Assembly (NCBI GenBank): GCA_025449805.1
Contig: JANWIR010000045.1
Location: 1 to 60,001 of the forward strand
Reading direction: 5' to 3'
Source: Acidimicrobiales bacterium
Lineage (GTDB): Bacteria; Actinomycetota; Acidimicrobiia; Acidimicrobiales; RAAP-2
Length of the DNA: 60,001 nucleotides
Shown: in pieces, positions 19,394-27,968 of the stretch
How positions within the stretch are numbered: the first letter of the stretch is position 1
How the letters are laid out: each line of letters opens with the position of its first letter
The notes under the pieces: generated by a model
The model's input: the letters and a program-made list of their open reading frames with translations, nothing else
The model's database searches: none
What the model was told of the DNA's origin: nothing
Position numbers and translations under genes: made by a program

Positions 19394-20434
19394 CTAGAAC
19401 AGGCCCTTCAGCCCGTCCTGGCGTCCCACGTGGGCGAAGGCTCGTTCGGTCGCAATTCTCCCCCGCGGGGTACGCACTATGAGGCCCTCGCGCAATAAGA
19501 AGGGCTCGTACGCCTCTTCGATGGTCGAAGGCTCCTCGCCACAGGCGTGCGCCAAAGTCGTCAGGCCCACGGGCTGATTCGCGAACTGGTCGCAGAGCAA
19601 CCCCAAGATTCGTCGATCTATTTTGTCGAGACCGAGTTCGTCAACGCCAAAGAGGGTCAACGCGTCGAGGGTGACGGCATCGCTCAACGTCGAATGGTCG
19701 TTGTAGGACGCGAAGTCACGCACGCGGCGCAACAGCCGGTTGGCGATACGCGGCGTCCCGCGACTGCGACCGGCGATTACGGCGGCCGCAGTCGCGCTAA
19801 TGGTCACCTCCAGCAAATGAGCCGAACGCTCCACAATCGTCGCGAGTTCGTCGCACGCGTAGAGGTCGAGTTGGCCCACGAATCCGAAGCGATCGCGTAG
19901 GGGCGCCGCGACCAGACCGGTACGCGTCGTCGCGCCGACCAGGGTGAAGTGGGCCAAATCGAGTCGGATAGAACGCGCCGAGGGTCCGCGTCCGATCATG
20001 ACGTCGAGACGGCGATCTTCCATCGCCGGGTACAGCACCTCTTCCACCGCTCGCGAGAGCCGGTGAATTTCGTCGATGAACAGTACGTCGCCGTCTTGGA
20101 GATCGCTCATCAACGCCGCGAGATCACCCGGGCGCGACAAAACGGGTCCGGACGTCACGCGCAGTCCCGCGCCCATTTCGTTGGCCACGATGCTCGCGAG
20201 TGACGTCTTGCCCAATCCTGGCGGACCCGCAAAGAGGAGGTGATCGAGGGTTTGACGCCGGGACTTGGCTGAACCCAGCACCACTTCGAGGTGACCGATC
20301 AATTCGCGCTGCCCCACGAACTCGTTCAGTTGGGTTGGTCGAAGCGACGCCTCCCCGCGACGCTCGTGCTCATTGGCGAAGGGCGTAACGAGCGGCTCGC
20401 GCAGCGATTCGAGGTCTAGTTCGTGCTTGCTCAC
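19394..20434 (-). CDS. ruvB: Holliday junction helicase RuvB
   Basis: LRP..EFVGQ, GPPGLGKTS, DEIHRL, GATTR, SRGTPRIANRLL. Confidence 0.98.
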   Translation of the reverse strand: MSKHELDLESLREPLVTPFANEHERRGEASLRPTQLNEFVGQRELIGHLEVVLGSAKSRRQTLDHLLFAGPPGLGKTSLASIVANEMGAGLRVTSGPVLSRPGDLAALMSDLQDGDVLFIDEIHRLSRAVEEVLYPAMEDRRLDVMIGRGPSARSIRLDLAHFTLVGATTRTGLVAAPLRDRFGFVGQLDLYACDELATIVERSAHLLEVTISATAAAVIAGRSRGTPRIANRLLRRVRDFASYNDHSTLSDAVTLDALTLFGVDELGLDKIDRRILGLLCDQFANQPVGLTTLAHACGEEPSTIEEAYEPFLLREGLIVRTPRGRIATERAFAHVGRQDGLKGLF

Positions 20435-21000
20435 GCGCGCCTCAATAAGGCGAGGGCTTCGCGCAACGCGGTGGGCTCATCGTCCGAAAGTGTCGCGTCA
20501 CGCAGTGCTTCACGAACCTCACTCGGGTGATATCCCAACGCGCGCAACGCATCTTCGATGACCGCGTTATTCGCCACCCCCGACGCGGCGTCGTCGCTCA
20601 CCGGACTCACCAGGCGGCCCTTGAGCTCGAGCACGATACGACTGGCCGTCTTTTGCCCGACCCCGGGAATCGTCGCGATGAGCTTCACGTCTTCTCCCTC
20701 AATCGCGCGCAAGAGCGCGTCGAGAGAGAACGTGCGCAGTGCCCCCAAGGCAGTGGAGGGCCCGACTCCCGGCGTCGCCAAGAGCAGTTCAAAGACCTCG
20801 CGCTCTTCGAGACTGGCGAAGCCAAAGAGCAGAATCGCGTCCGCGCGCACGGCGGTATGCACGAACAACTCGAGTTCGTCGCCGATTTGCGGAGCGTCGG
20901 CGCGCGCGATTTGGAGTTCGTAGCCCACCCCGTGCACGTCGAGCAACACGGCACGCGACGCCAAATTCGCGCGCACCCGACCACTGAGCCACCCAATCAC
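20431..21000 (-). CDS. ruvA: Holliday junction DNA-binding protein RuvA
   Basis: MIGWLSG, GVGYE, LFGF, PGVGP, IPGVGQKTASRIVLELK. Confidence 0.96.
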   Translation of the reverse strand: MIGWLSGRVRANLASRAVLLDVHGVGYELQIARADAPQIGDELELFVHTAVRADAILLFGFASLEEREVFELLLATPGVGPSTALGALRTFSLDALLRAIEGEDVKLIATIPGVGQKTASRIVLELKGRLVSPVSDDAASGVANNAVIEDALRALGYHPSEVREALRDATLSDDEPTALREALALLRRA

Positions 21001-21509
21001 GCCCCACGCTCCACGAGGAATCGGCGCTCGGTACGTTCAAAGGAGAGGTAGGTGATCGCGAGCGCCAGGGCGTCCGCCGCGTCGGGTGGCTCGGGCACGC
21101 TTGCTAAACGGCAGTGCCGCGCGACCATTGCCTGGACCTGAGGCTTCTGGGCCGCGCCGTAGCCGGTCACCGCGAGTTTGACCTGTTGGGCGGTGAACTG
21201 ACGCACGGGAATATTGCGCGCACCAGCCAGCGCGATAACCACGCCGCTCGCCTGCGCGACGCCGATCACCGTATTGGCGTTTCGCGAGTGAAAGACCTTT
21301 TCCACCGACACCGCGTCGGGCGAACACTCCTCGAGCAGGCTCGAAAACTCCTGAAAAAGCTGTCGTAGGCGTAACTCCACGGGAATCGTCGGCGACGTCT
21401 CAATCGTCCCCGCTCGCCGAGCATTAAAACTCTCAAGCCCCTCCATGGCCCCTTCGACCAGCCCAAAGCCACATCGGGTCAGTCCGGGGTCGACGCCGAG
21501 TACGAACAT
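20997..21509 (-). CDS. ruvC: Crossover junction endodeoxyribonuclease RuvC
   Basis: LGVDPGLTRCG, VEKVF, VKLAVTGYG, PPDAADALALA. Confidence 0.97.
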   Translation of the reverse strand: MFVLGVDPGLTRCGFGLVEGAMEGLESFNARRAGTIETSPTIPVELRLRQLFQEFSSLLEECSPDAVSVEKVFHSRNANTVIGVAQASGVVIALAGARNIPVRQFTAQQVKLAVTGYGAAQKPQVQAMVARHCRLASVPEPPDAADALALAITYLSFERTERRFLVERGA

Positions 21510-21516
21510 ACGTTCG
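21503..21516. promoter_or_regulatory. LexA (SOS) box overlapping the ruvC start codon
   Basis: CGAAC-ATAC-GTTCG matches the Gram-positive/actinobacterial CGAAC-N4-GTTCG; -10 TACTAT at 21522-21517. Confidence 0.85.
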
Positions 21517-21549
21517 ATAGTACTGCCGACGACCCCGCGTTAGCGGGAA

Positions 21550-22299
21550 TTAGCCCTCGAAGCTCGCCAGCAACTCGTCGGAGATGTCGAAGTTGGCGTA
21601 CACGTTTTGGACGTCGTCGTGGTCGTCGATCGCGTCCATAAGCCGTAGTACCTTCTTCGCCTCGGACTCATCCTCGACCGGCACGCTGTTTTGGGGCACC
21701 AACGTCAAGTCAGCGTTCAACACCTTGAGTCCGTGCGATTCCAAAGCGTCGCGAACAATGCCCACGTCGTGGGGCTCGGTGGTCACGGTGTAGTTCGACC
21801 CGTTCGCCTCGTAGTTCTCGGCCCCGGCCTCCATAATCCACTCGAACAGTTGGTCCTCGTCGAGTGGGCCGGCGACTTCGATGAGGCCCTTACGATCGAA
21901 CTGCCACGACACGGCGCCCGGCTCGGCGATGGCGCCACCGTTCTTACCGAAGAGGTGCTTCACTTCGGCGCTGGTTCGATTGCGATTGTCGGTCAACGTC
22001 TCGACGATGACCGCGACGCCACCGGGTCCGTAACCCTCGTAACTAATTGCCTCGTAGCGCACGCCCTCGAGCTCGCCGGTACCGCGTTTAATGGCGCGTT
22101 CAATCGTGTCGAGCGGGACTGACGCCTCGCGAGCCTTTTGGTACATCGTGCGAAGCGCGGCGTTGGCGGTTGGATCCCCCCCACCTTCACGGGCGGCGAC
22201 TTCTACTTGGCGAATCAACTTCGCGAATACTTTGGCGCGGGCACTGTCCTTGGCACCTTTACGGTGCTTGGTAGTTGCCCATTTCGAATGGCCGGACAT
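21550..22299 (-). CDS. yebC: YebC/PmpR family protein
   Basis: MSGHSKWATTKHRKG, YEGYGPGG, TDNRNRT, DDVQNVYAN. Confidence 0.97.
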   Translation of the reverse strand: MSGHSKWATTKHRKGAKDSARAKVFAKLIRQVEVAAREGGGDPTANAALRTMYQKAREASVPLDTIERAIKRGTGELEGVRYEAISYEGYGPGGVAVIVETLTDNRNRTSAEVKHLFGKNGGAIAEPGAVSWQFDRKGLIEVAGPLDEDQLFEWIMEAGAENYEANGSNYTVTTEPHDVGIVRDALESHGLKVLNADLTLVPQNSVPVEDESEAKKVLRLMDAIDDHDDVQNVYANFDISDELLASFEG

Positions 22300-22341
22300 C
22301 GTTCCTCCTGCCCCGTGGGGCGAGATAATCGTAGCGAATAT

Positions 22342-22926
22342 CTAAATAGCGTCGACGAAGAGTCGGTGCACGCGCGTGTCGTCCGTCAGTTCGGGGTGAA
22401 AGGCACAGCCCCACACCCGGCCCTGGCGCACCAAAACGGCGTGCTCACCGTCCCCGTGATCGTGCTTGGCCAAGACTTCGACGTCGTCAGCAACCTTTTC
22501 GATTTTGGGTGCGCGAATGAAGACCCCGTGGACATTGCCCACGTCGCGCACGCGCAGCGTGGTTTCAAAACTCGCGAGTTGTCGACCGTAGCCGTTGCGC
22601 CGCACCGACACGTCGAGCGCCTCGAAACTCCACTGATCGACGCGACCGTCGAGAACTTCCCGGCTCACCAGTATTAATCCAGCACAGGTGCCCAGAACCG
22701 GCATTCCCTCATCGAGGCGCGCGGCAATAGCGGGTCGAAGTTGTGCGGACACCAAAAGATGCGCGATGGCCGTCGATTCACCACCGGGCATCACTAACGC
22801 GTCGACCGCGTCGAGTTGCGCGGGCGTGCGCACGCGCGCCACGTCCACGCCCAACGAGTGCAAGGCGCGTTCGTGTTCGCGGACGTCGCCCTGTAAGGCG
22901 AGTACCCCGACGCGGGGCACTACCAA
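22342..22926 (-). CDS. pdxT: PLP synthase glutaminase subunit
   Basis: GVLALQG, PGGEST, GTCAG, RNGYGRQ, FIRAP, FHPEL. Confidence 0.97.
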   Translation of the reverse strand: MVVPRVGVLALQGDVREHERALHSLGVDVARVRTPAQLDAVDALVMPGGESTAIAHLLVSAQLRPAIAARLDEGMPVLGTCAGLILVSREVLDGRVDQWSFEALDVSVRRNGYGRQLASFETTLRVRDVGNVHGVFIRAPKIEKVADDVEVLAKHDHGDGEHAVLVRQGRVWGCAFHPELTDDTRVHRLFVDAI

Positions 22927-23816
22927 CCGCGCTCGGCCAGGCGCGTCTCGAGCGTCGCGGTTTCGAAGCCCTTCATCGCGTCGCCGAGGCCCGTCGACAC
23001 CTTCGCGACCACCGCAGCGTCCTCAAAGTGCGTCGTTGCCTCAACAATGGCGTGGGCCATTCGCACGGGATCGTCACTCTTAAAGATGCCCGATCCGACG
23101 AAGACCGCCTCAGCGCCGAGTTGGAGCACGAGTGACGCGTCGGCCGGCGTCGATATGCCGCCCGCGCAAAAGAGCGGGACGGGAAGCTGGCCGGTCGCCG
23201 CGACCTCACGGACGAGCGGCAGGGGCGCTTGAAGATCCTTGGCTAAGGCGTAGAGCTCGCTCTCGTCGGCACTGCGGAGACGTCGCATCTGCGCGTTGAT
23301 CGTGCGCAGGTGACGAACGGCCTCAACGACGTTGCCGGTGCCGGCCTCGCCCTTGGAACGAATCATGCACGCCCCTTCGCCAATGCGTCGTAACGCTTCG
23401 CCCAAGTTGGTCGCGCCGCACACGAAGGGAACGGTGAAGGCCCACTTGTCGATGTGGTGCTCCTCGTCGGCGGGGGTGAGTACTTCGGATTCGTCGATGT
23501 AGTCGACGTTGAGGGCCTGAAGAATCTGCGCTTCGGCGAAGTGACCGATACGCGCCTTGGCCATGACCGGAATCGTGACGGTGGCCTGAATCTCTTGAAT
23601 CATCTGCGGATCGCTCATTCTCGCGACGCCGCCGTCTCGACGAATATCCGACGGCACGCGCTCGAGGGCCATCACGGCCACGGCACCGGCGTCCTCGGCA
23701 ATCTTGGCCTGCTCGGGATTGACGACGTCCATGATGACGCCGCCGCGCAACATATCGGCCAAACCACGCTTGACCAACGGCGAACCAGTAAACGAACTTT
23801 CAGCGGAAGAACTCAT
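22920..23816 (-). CDS. pdxS: PLP synthase lyase subunit
   Basis: [38 protein letters not shown]. Confidence 0.98.
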   Translation of the reverse strand: MSSSAESSFTGSPLVKRGLADMLRGGVIMDVVNPEQAKIAEDAGAVAVMALERVPSDIRRDGGVARMSDPQMIQEIQATVTIPVMAKARIGHFAEAQILQALNVDYIDESEVLTPADEEHHIDKWAFTVPFVCGATNLGEALRRIGEGACMIRSKGEAGTGNVVEAVRHLRTINAQMRRLRSADESELYALAKDLQAPLPLVREVAATGQLPVPLFCAGGISTPADASLVLQLGAEAVFVGSGIFKSDDPVRMAHAIVEATTHFEDAAVVAKVSTGLGDAMKGFETATLETRLAERGW

Positions 23817-23842
23817 GCCCCCAGCCTAATTGTCGGCCCCGC

Positions 23843-24745
23843 CTACCACTCTTCGAGAGCCCGGGCGCGCAGTTCGACGTCGTCCAGCGACGACAAATCA
23901 CTCGTCGGGGTGTCACTGGCGACGTTGAAGAAGATCCAGCGCCACTGGTCGTAGGTCGGCGAGGCGAAGAACGAGCCGGCCGGTACAACTTGCCGCGCGC
24001 AACGGCGCAAGGCCCCCGCGAGGCCCAGTGGGTACCGAATCGTCGCCGCGGCCACTTCGTCGGCCCGAAAGGTCGCCCCTTCACTGGCCAACGTTCGTCG
24101 AGCGTCGCTACTCATTGACACCACCGACGCGACGCTTTCGCGCGCCAAGAGCCCAAGGCGCTGGCGCGCTAGGCAGTGGGCCACGACGCCTTCGAGCTCG
24201 ATGAGTTCAAAGTCCTCCATGACCGCCGAGGTCACGAACAAGACGTAGCCCGACGCGTCGGGTACGAGCGCCGCGTTGTAACCCTGGTCAACGACGATGA
24301 GTGGCGTGACGTCGTCAACGCCAAAGGTCGCCGCCAAGCGATCGAGCACCGTGGCGAGACGCTGACGATGCGTGTCGTTCGTGGCCACCGCGAAGTGCTC
24401 GCGCATTTGCGCGGCCAGCGTGTGGCCCCGTTGGTCGTAGGCCGTGACGACTCGACGAAGGTCGTAGGCGTAGAGCGCCGCGACGACAAGACCCAGCAAC
24501 GCGAACCACCACGCCATCGCCACGAGCGCAATCAACCCGAGCGCAACGATCCCGACAATGATCGTTTGCGGGAGCCGTCGCCGTATCGCGAAGCGACGTA
24601 CCGCGGCGGCGTGGGCGTGACGTTCGTGCGCGGCCGGGGCGTAAGGATTCTGCCAGGTTGGATCGAGGACCGGTTCGACGTGTCGCGGGGTGCGATCGCG
24701 TGACGAGGACGAGCGTCGATTGCGTGATCGTTGCGAGGTAGCCAC
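23843..24745 (-). CDS. HtpX/M48-like membrane protein with degenerate zinc site
   Basis: Two TMs; RLATVLDRLA..IVVDQGYNA..VTSAVM..ELEGVVAHCLAR and FRADEVAAATIRYPLGLAGAL align by eye with HtpX, but HExxH reads HCLAR. Confidence 0.7.
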   Translation of the reverse strand: MATSQRSRNRRSSSSRDRTPRHVEPVLDPTWQNPYAPAAHERHAHAAAVRRFAIRRRLPQTIIVGIVALGLIALVAMAWWFALLGLVVAALYAYDLRRVVTAYDQRGHTLAAQMREHFAVATNDTHRQRLATVLDRLAATFGVDDVTPLIVVDQGYNAALVPDASGYVLFVTSAVMEDFELIELEGVVAHCLARQRLGLLARESVASVVSMSSDARRTLASEGATFRADEVAAATIRYPLGLAGALRRCARQVVPAGSFFASPTYDQWRWIFFNVASDTPTSDLSSLDDVELRARALEEW

Positions 24746-24754
24746 CCCGTAACC

Positions 24755-25858
24755 CTACCGGCTCACGTAAAAATGCTGGTGGGCTCGCTCGTAGCGCTCG
24801 AGGTACGCGTCCATCAACCGACGCATCGACCACGACTCGGCGTGTTGGCGCGCCGCGGCCACGCTCGCGTCGGACTCACTGCGTAGCGCGAGCTCGATAG
24901 CGGTAGCCAGCGCCCTCGGGTCGCCGGCGCGAAAGAGCGTTGCGTACCCACCCGCGGCGCTCTGGTAGCCCTCGATGTCGCTCGCCACGACCGAACACTC
25001 ACTGGCCATTGCCTCGAGCAGGACCAGACCAAAACTCTCACCATGGGTTGCCGGCGCGAGAAAGAGACTGGCGCGGCGAAGCCACCCGCGCTTCTCGTCG
25101 TCGCTCACGGCGCCCACGAAGACGATCTGTTCATCGCCGCCCGCGAGGGCGCGAAGCTTCTCACGTTCGGGGCCGTCGCCAACGATCACCAGCCGCCAGA
25201 GCTGCGCCGCGCTTTCGTTGTGGTGCCGTACGGCCTCAATCGCCGTCGCGACGCCCTTTCGTTCCTCGAGGCGACCAACACTTAAAAGCAGCACCTCGTC
25301 ACCGCGCCGTCGCGGCGAGGTCACGAAACGCTCCGTTTCAAAGCCATTAAAGAGCACGTCACTGTCGATGCCAACGGCGCGACGCACGGTTGCGTGCGCC
25401 GCGGGACTGACACTCACCGCGACGTCGATTCCCTTCGCGAGTTCGCGCAGGAGCGGTCCCGTCAATGACAGGGCCGGTCCGTGGCCGCTTCGGTGAAAGG
25501 TCGCGACGCTGGGGACGGTGTGTGCGCGCAACGTAGCCCACCCCACCAGCGGCGCGAAGGGCTCGTGAAAGTGCACGACGTCAGGCGCGAAGGCGCTCAC
25601 CGCCGCACGCGCGGCGCGGGCGCCGCCCGGACTCAACGTGAGTGGAGCGCGCGAACCGTTCGCGGGCATCGCCACGCGACGTCCAAAACGCGTCACGCGC
25701 GCGGGCGTGTCGTAGGTCGTGTCGTCACGCGCGTCGGGGGCCACGATAAGTACCTCGACGTCACGGCGCGAAAGTTCTCGACTCATCGCGAGCACCTGTT
25801 CTTGCACGCCACCAAAGACGCTCAGGGCGTAGGGCGAAATGAGCGCGACGCGTTTCAC
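24755..25858 (-). CDS. pimA: Phosphatidyl-myo-inositol mannosyltransferase (GT4)
   Basis: ISPY..GGVQEQV, NGSRAP, HFHEP, VATFH, GRLEERKG, GESFGLVLLEAMA; pgsA-acyltransferase-GT synteny. Confidence 0.85.
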   Translation of the reverse strand: MKRVALISPYALSVFGGVQEQVLAMSRELSRRDVEVLIVAPDARDDTTYDTPARVTRFGRRVAMPANGSRAPLTLSPGGARAARAAVSAFAPDVVHFHEPFAPLVGWATLRAHTVPSVATFHRSGHGPALSLTGPLLRELAKGIDVAVSVSPAAHATVRRAVGIDSDVLFNGFETERFVTSPRRRGDEVLLLSVGRLEERKGVATAIEAVRHHNESAAQLWRLVIVGDGPEREKLRALAGGDEQIVFVGAVSDDEKRGWLRRASLFLAPATHGESFGLVLLEAMASECSVVASDIEGYQSAAGGYATLFRAGDPRALATAIELALRSESDASVAAARQHAESWSMRRLMDAYLERYERAHQHFYVSR

Positions 25859-26745
25859 GGCGTCGGGGTAAACAGCGGTTGCAGGACGTGCCATTGATCG
25901 GGGGCCCGACGGATCAAACCCTCCAATTCGGTCGCGATCAGTTGCGTGACGCGCGCCACGTCCTCGCGCAGGCGTCCTTCACGTATCGCGGGAATCGGTG
26001 GTCGAACCACCGCGAAATGGTCGCGTCCCGGACCGCTGTAACAGGCGGCGGTCGTCAGCGTCGCCCCCGTGCGCAGTGCCAGCGTGGCCGGTCCCGCGGG
26101 CATGGTGACACGCTCACCAAAGAACGTGACGGCCACGCCATTATTTTGTAGATCACGGTCGCACAAAAGCCCGACCACCCCTCCTCGACGCAACACCTCG
26201 AGGAGCGCCGTCCCGGCGTGATCGTTGAGTGGCTGCACGCGGATGCCAATGGCTTCGCGCTTTAGGCGAAACCAGTCAAACAAGGCCGGCGGATCGAGTT
26301 CTTCGGCGACGGCCGTCATTCCGAGACCAAAGGAGTTCAGAAACGATCCGCCCCACTCCCATGATCCCACGTGCGGCAGCGCAACCACGAGCCCGTTCTT
26401 CGCGGCTCTCGCGGCCTCGAGGTACTCAACCCCCTCGGCGATGGCGAAGCGATCGTCGATGACATCCTGGGCCAACGCGGGGAGCTTGGCCCCCTCGGCC
26501 CAGTACTGACCGTAACTCGCGAAGCCGCGCTCGACGAAACGCGCGAGGAGCTCTGCACTCGGTGACGCGCCCTCGTTTGAAAGGGCGTGGCGTTGATTGA
26601 GCGCCAAGTTGTCCGCCGCCTCGCGTTGCCGGCGACCCACAACACGCGCGAGGCTGCGCGCGACGCCGACGTCCACGCGTTCGGGGAGGGCTTCCGCCAG
26701 AACACCAATCGACTTAAAGAGCGCGACGCGCGCGCGACCAGGCAC
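25855..26745 (-). CDS. patA: PIM acyltransferase (lauroyl/myristoyl acyltransferase family)
   Basis: SYGQYWAE, LPHVGSWE, LLCDRDL, MPAGPATLAL, PDQWHVLQP; located between pgsA and pimA. Confidence 0.85.
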   Translation of the reverse strand: MPGRARVALFKSIGVLAEALPERVDVGVARSLARVVGRRQREAADNLALNQRHALSNEGASPSAELLARFVERGFASYGQYWAEGAKLPALAQDVIDDRFAIAEGVEYLEAARAAKNGLVVALPHVGSWEWGGSFLNSFGLGMTAVAEELDPPALFDWFRLKREAIGIRVQPLNDHAGTALLEVLRRGGVVGLLCDRDLQNNGVAVTFFGERVTMPAGPATLALRTGATLTTAACYSGPGRDHFAVVRPPIPAIREGRLREDVARVTQLIATELEGLIRRAPDQWHVLQPLFTPTP

Positions 26746-26747
26746 GG

Positions 26748-27413
26748 CTAATGACGAGCGGTGCGACTCAGTCCGCGCCGCCGGCGACGCGCGTGAGAAC
26801 GTTCGCTCTCGATGGACGCAGGCGCCGGCGGCGGGCTGGCGGCCGACTGCCAGACCCGGCGAAAGCGACCGAGCGCGGTCATCGCGGTCAAACCCAACAT
26901 GAGCCACAGTGTCGGTATAAACAGGGGCATCGCGAGCAGGCCCAGACCCAGCAGAATCATCCGCTCGGCCCGTTCCATGAGTCCACCCTTCGCACTCAGT
27001 CCGAGGCTCTCCGCCTTCGAGCGCTGGTAGGAGATCATGAACGTGGTTGTCAAAATTGCGAATGGTAACAAGACCAACTGTCCGTGATGGCGCGCCGTTA
27101 AGTAGTAGGCAACCCCGCCCAGCAAGAACGCGTCCGACAGCCGGTCCACGACCGAATCGAAGAAACTCCCCCGCTGGGAGGCCCGTTGGGAGGCCTTCGC
27201 GACGGGACCGTCGAAGAGGTCGTGAAAACCCGTCAACGTCAGCAAAACAATCGCCAGAATGTGCGCACCCTCAGCGATAGCCCAGGCCGTCAAGGCCGCG
27301 AAGACCAGGCCCGAACCGGTTAAGACATCGGCCGAGAAGCCAACGCGAACCAACCAGCGACCGATGGGCGCGGTGGTCGCGTCGACCGATTGACGAAATT
27401 TACCGTCGAACAT
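26748..27413 (-). CDS. pgsA: Phosphatidylinositol-phosphate synthase (CDP-alcohol phosphotransferase)
   Basis: DLFDGPVAK..GSFFDSVVDRLSD, SYQRSKAESLG, GLMERAER. Confidence 0.88.
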   Translation of the reverse strand: MFDGKFRQSVDATTAPIGRWLVRVGFSADVLTGSGLVFAALTAWAIAEGAHILAIVLLTLTGFHDLFDGPVAKASQRASQRGSFFDSVVDRLSDAFLLGGVAYYLTARHHGQLVLLPFAILTTTFMISYQRSKAESLGLSAKGGLMERAERMILLGLGLLAMPLFIPTLWLMLGLTAMTALGRFRRVWQSAASPPPAPASIESERSHARRRRRGLSRTARH

Positions 27414-27458
27414 TCAACTCCGGGTTCACGTGGCGAGTCTACCGGTACCGCCTAGTAA

Positions 27459-27968
27459 CTACCGGGCTTCGATCGCTTCGTGAACTTTGCCCCACGTAGA
27501 CGCCAGCGATTCGGGCAAAACCCGCGTTTCGGCAATCGTGGTCATGAAGTTGGTGTCGCCGTCCCAGCGCGGCAGCGCGTGGGCGTGAAGGTGCTTGGGT
27601 ATACCCGCTCCCCCGGCGCGTCCCAAGTTCATCCCCACGTTCATGCCGTCGGCGCCGTAGGCCCGCGTGAGCGCTCGCGTGGCGACGCGCAGGACCTTCG
27701 TGAAATCGAGGTACTCGTCGTCACTGAGCTCGTCCAGTTCACCAACGTGGCGGCGCGGCAGGATGAGGAGGTGGCCCGAGCCGTAGGGATAGGCGTTCAG
27801 CGTGATGAAAGATTCGGCGCTTTGGTAGAGCACACCCGTCGACTCGTTGACCGGTTCACTCGCCAACGCGCAAAAAACGCACGCCATCGCGTCGTCGAGA
27901 TTATGTCGCGCGGTCGTGCTCGAAACGTAACTTTCCCGCCACGCCGCGTTAAAGCGATCGAGGGGCAC
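27459..27968 (-). CDS. HIT-family hydrolase / Ap4A phosphorylase-like
   Basis: CVFC, LNAYPYGSGH, GMNLG..GAGIPKHLHAHALPRW.GDTNF. Confidence 0.88.
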   Translation of the reverse strand: MPLDRFNAAWRESYVSSTTARHNLDDAMACVFCALASEPVNESTGVLYQSAESFITLNAYPYGSGHLLILPRRHVGELDELSDDEYLDFTKVLRVATRALTRAYGADGMNVGMNLGRAGGAGIPKHLHAHALPRWDGDTNFMTTIAETRVLPESLASTWGKVHEAIEAR

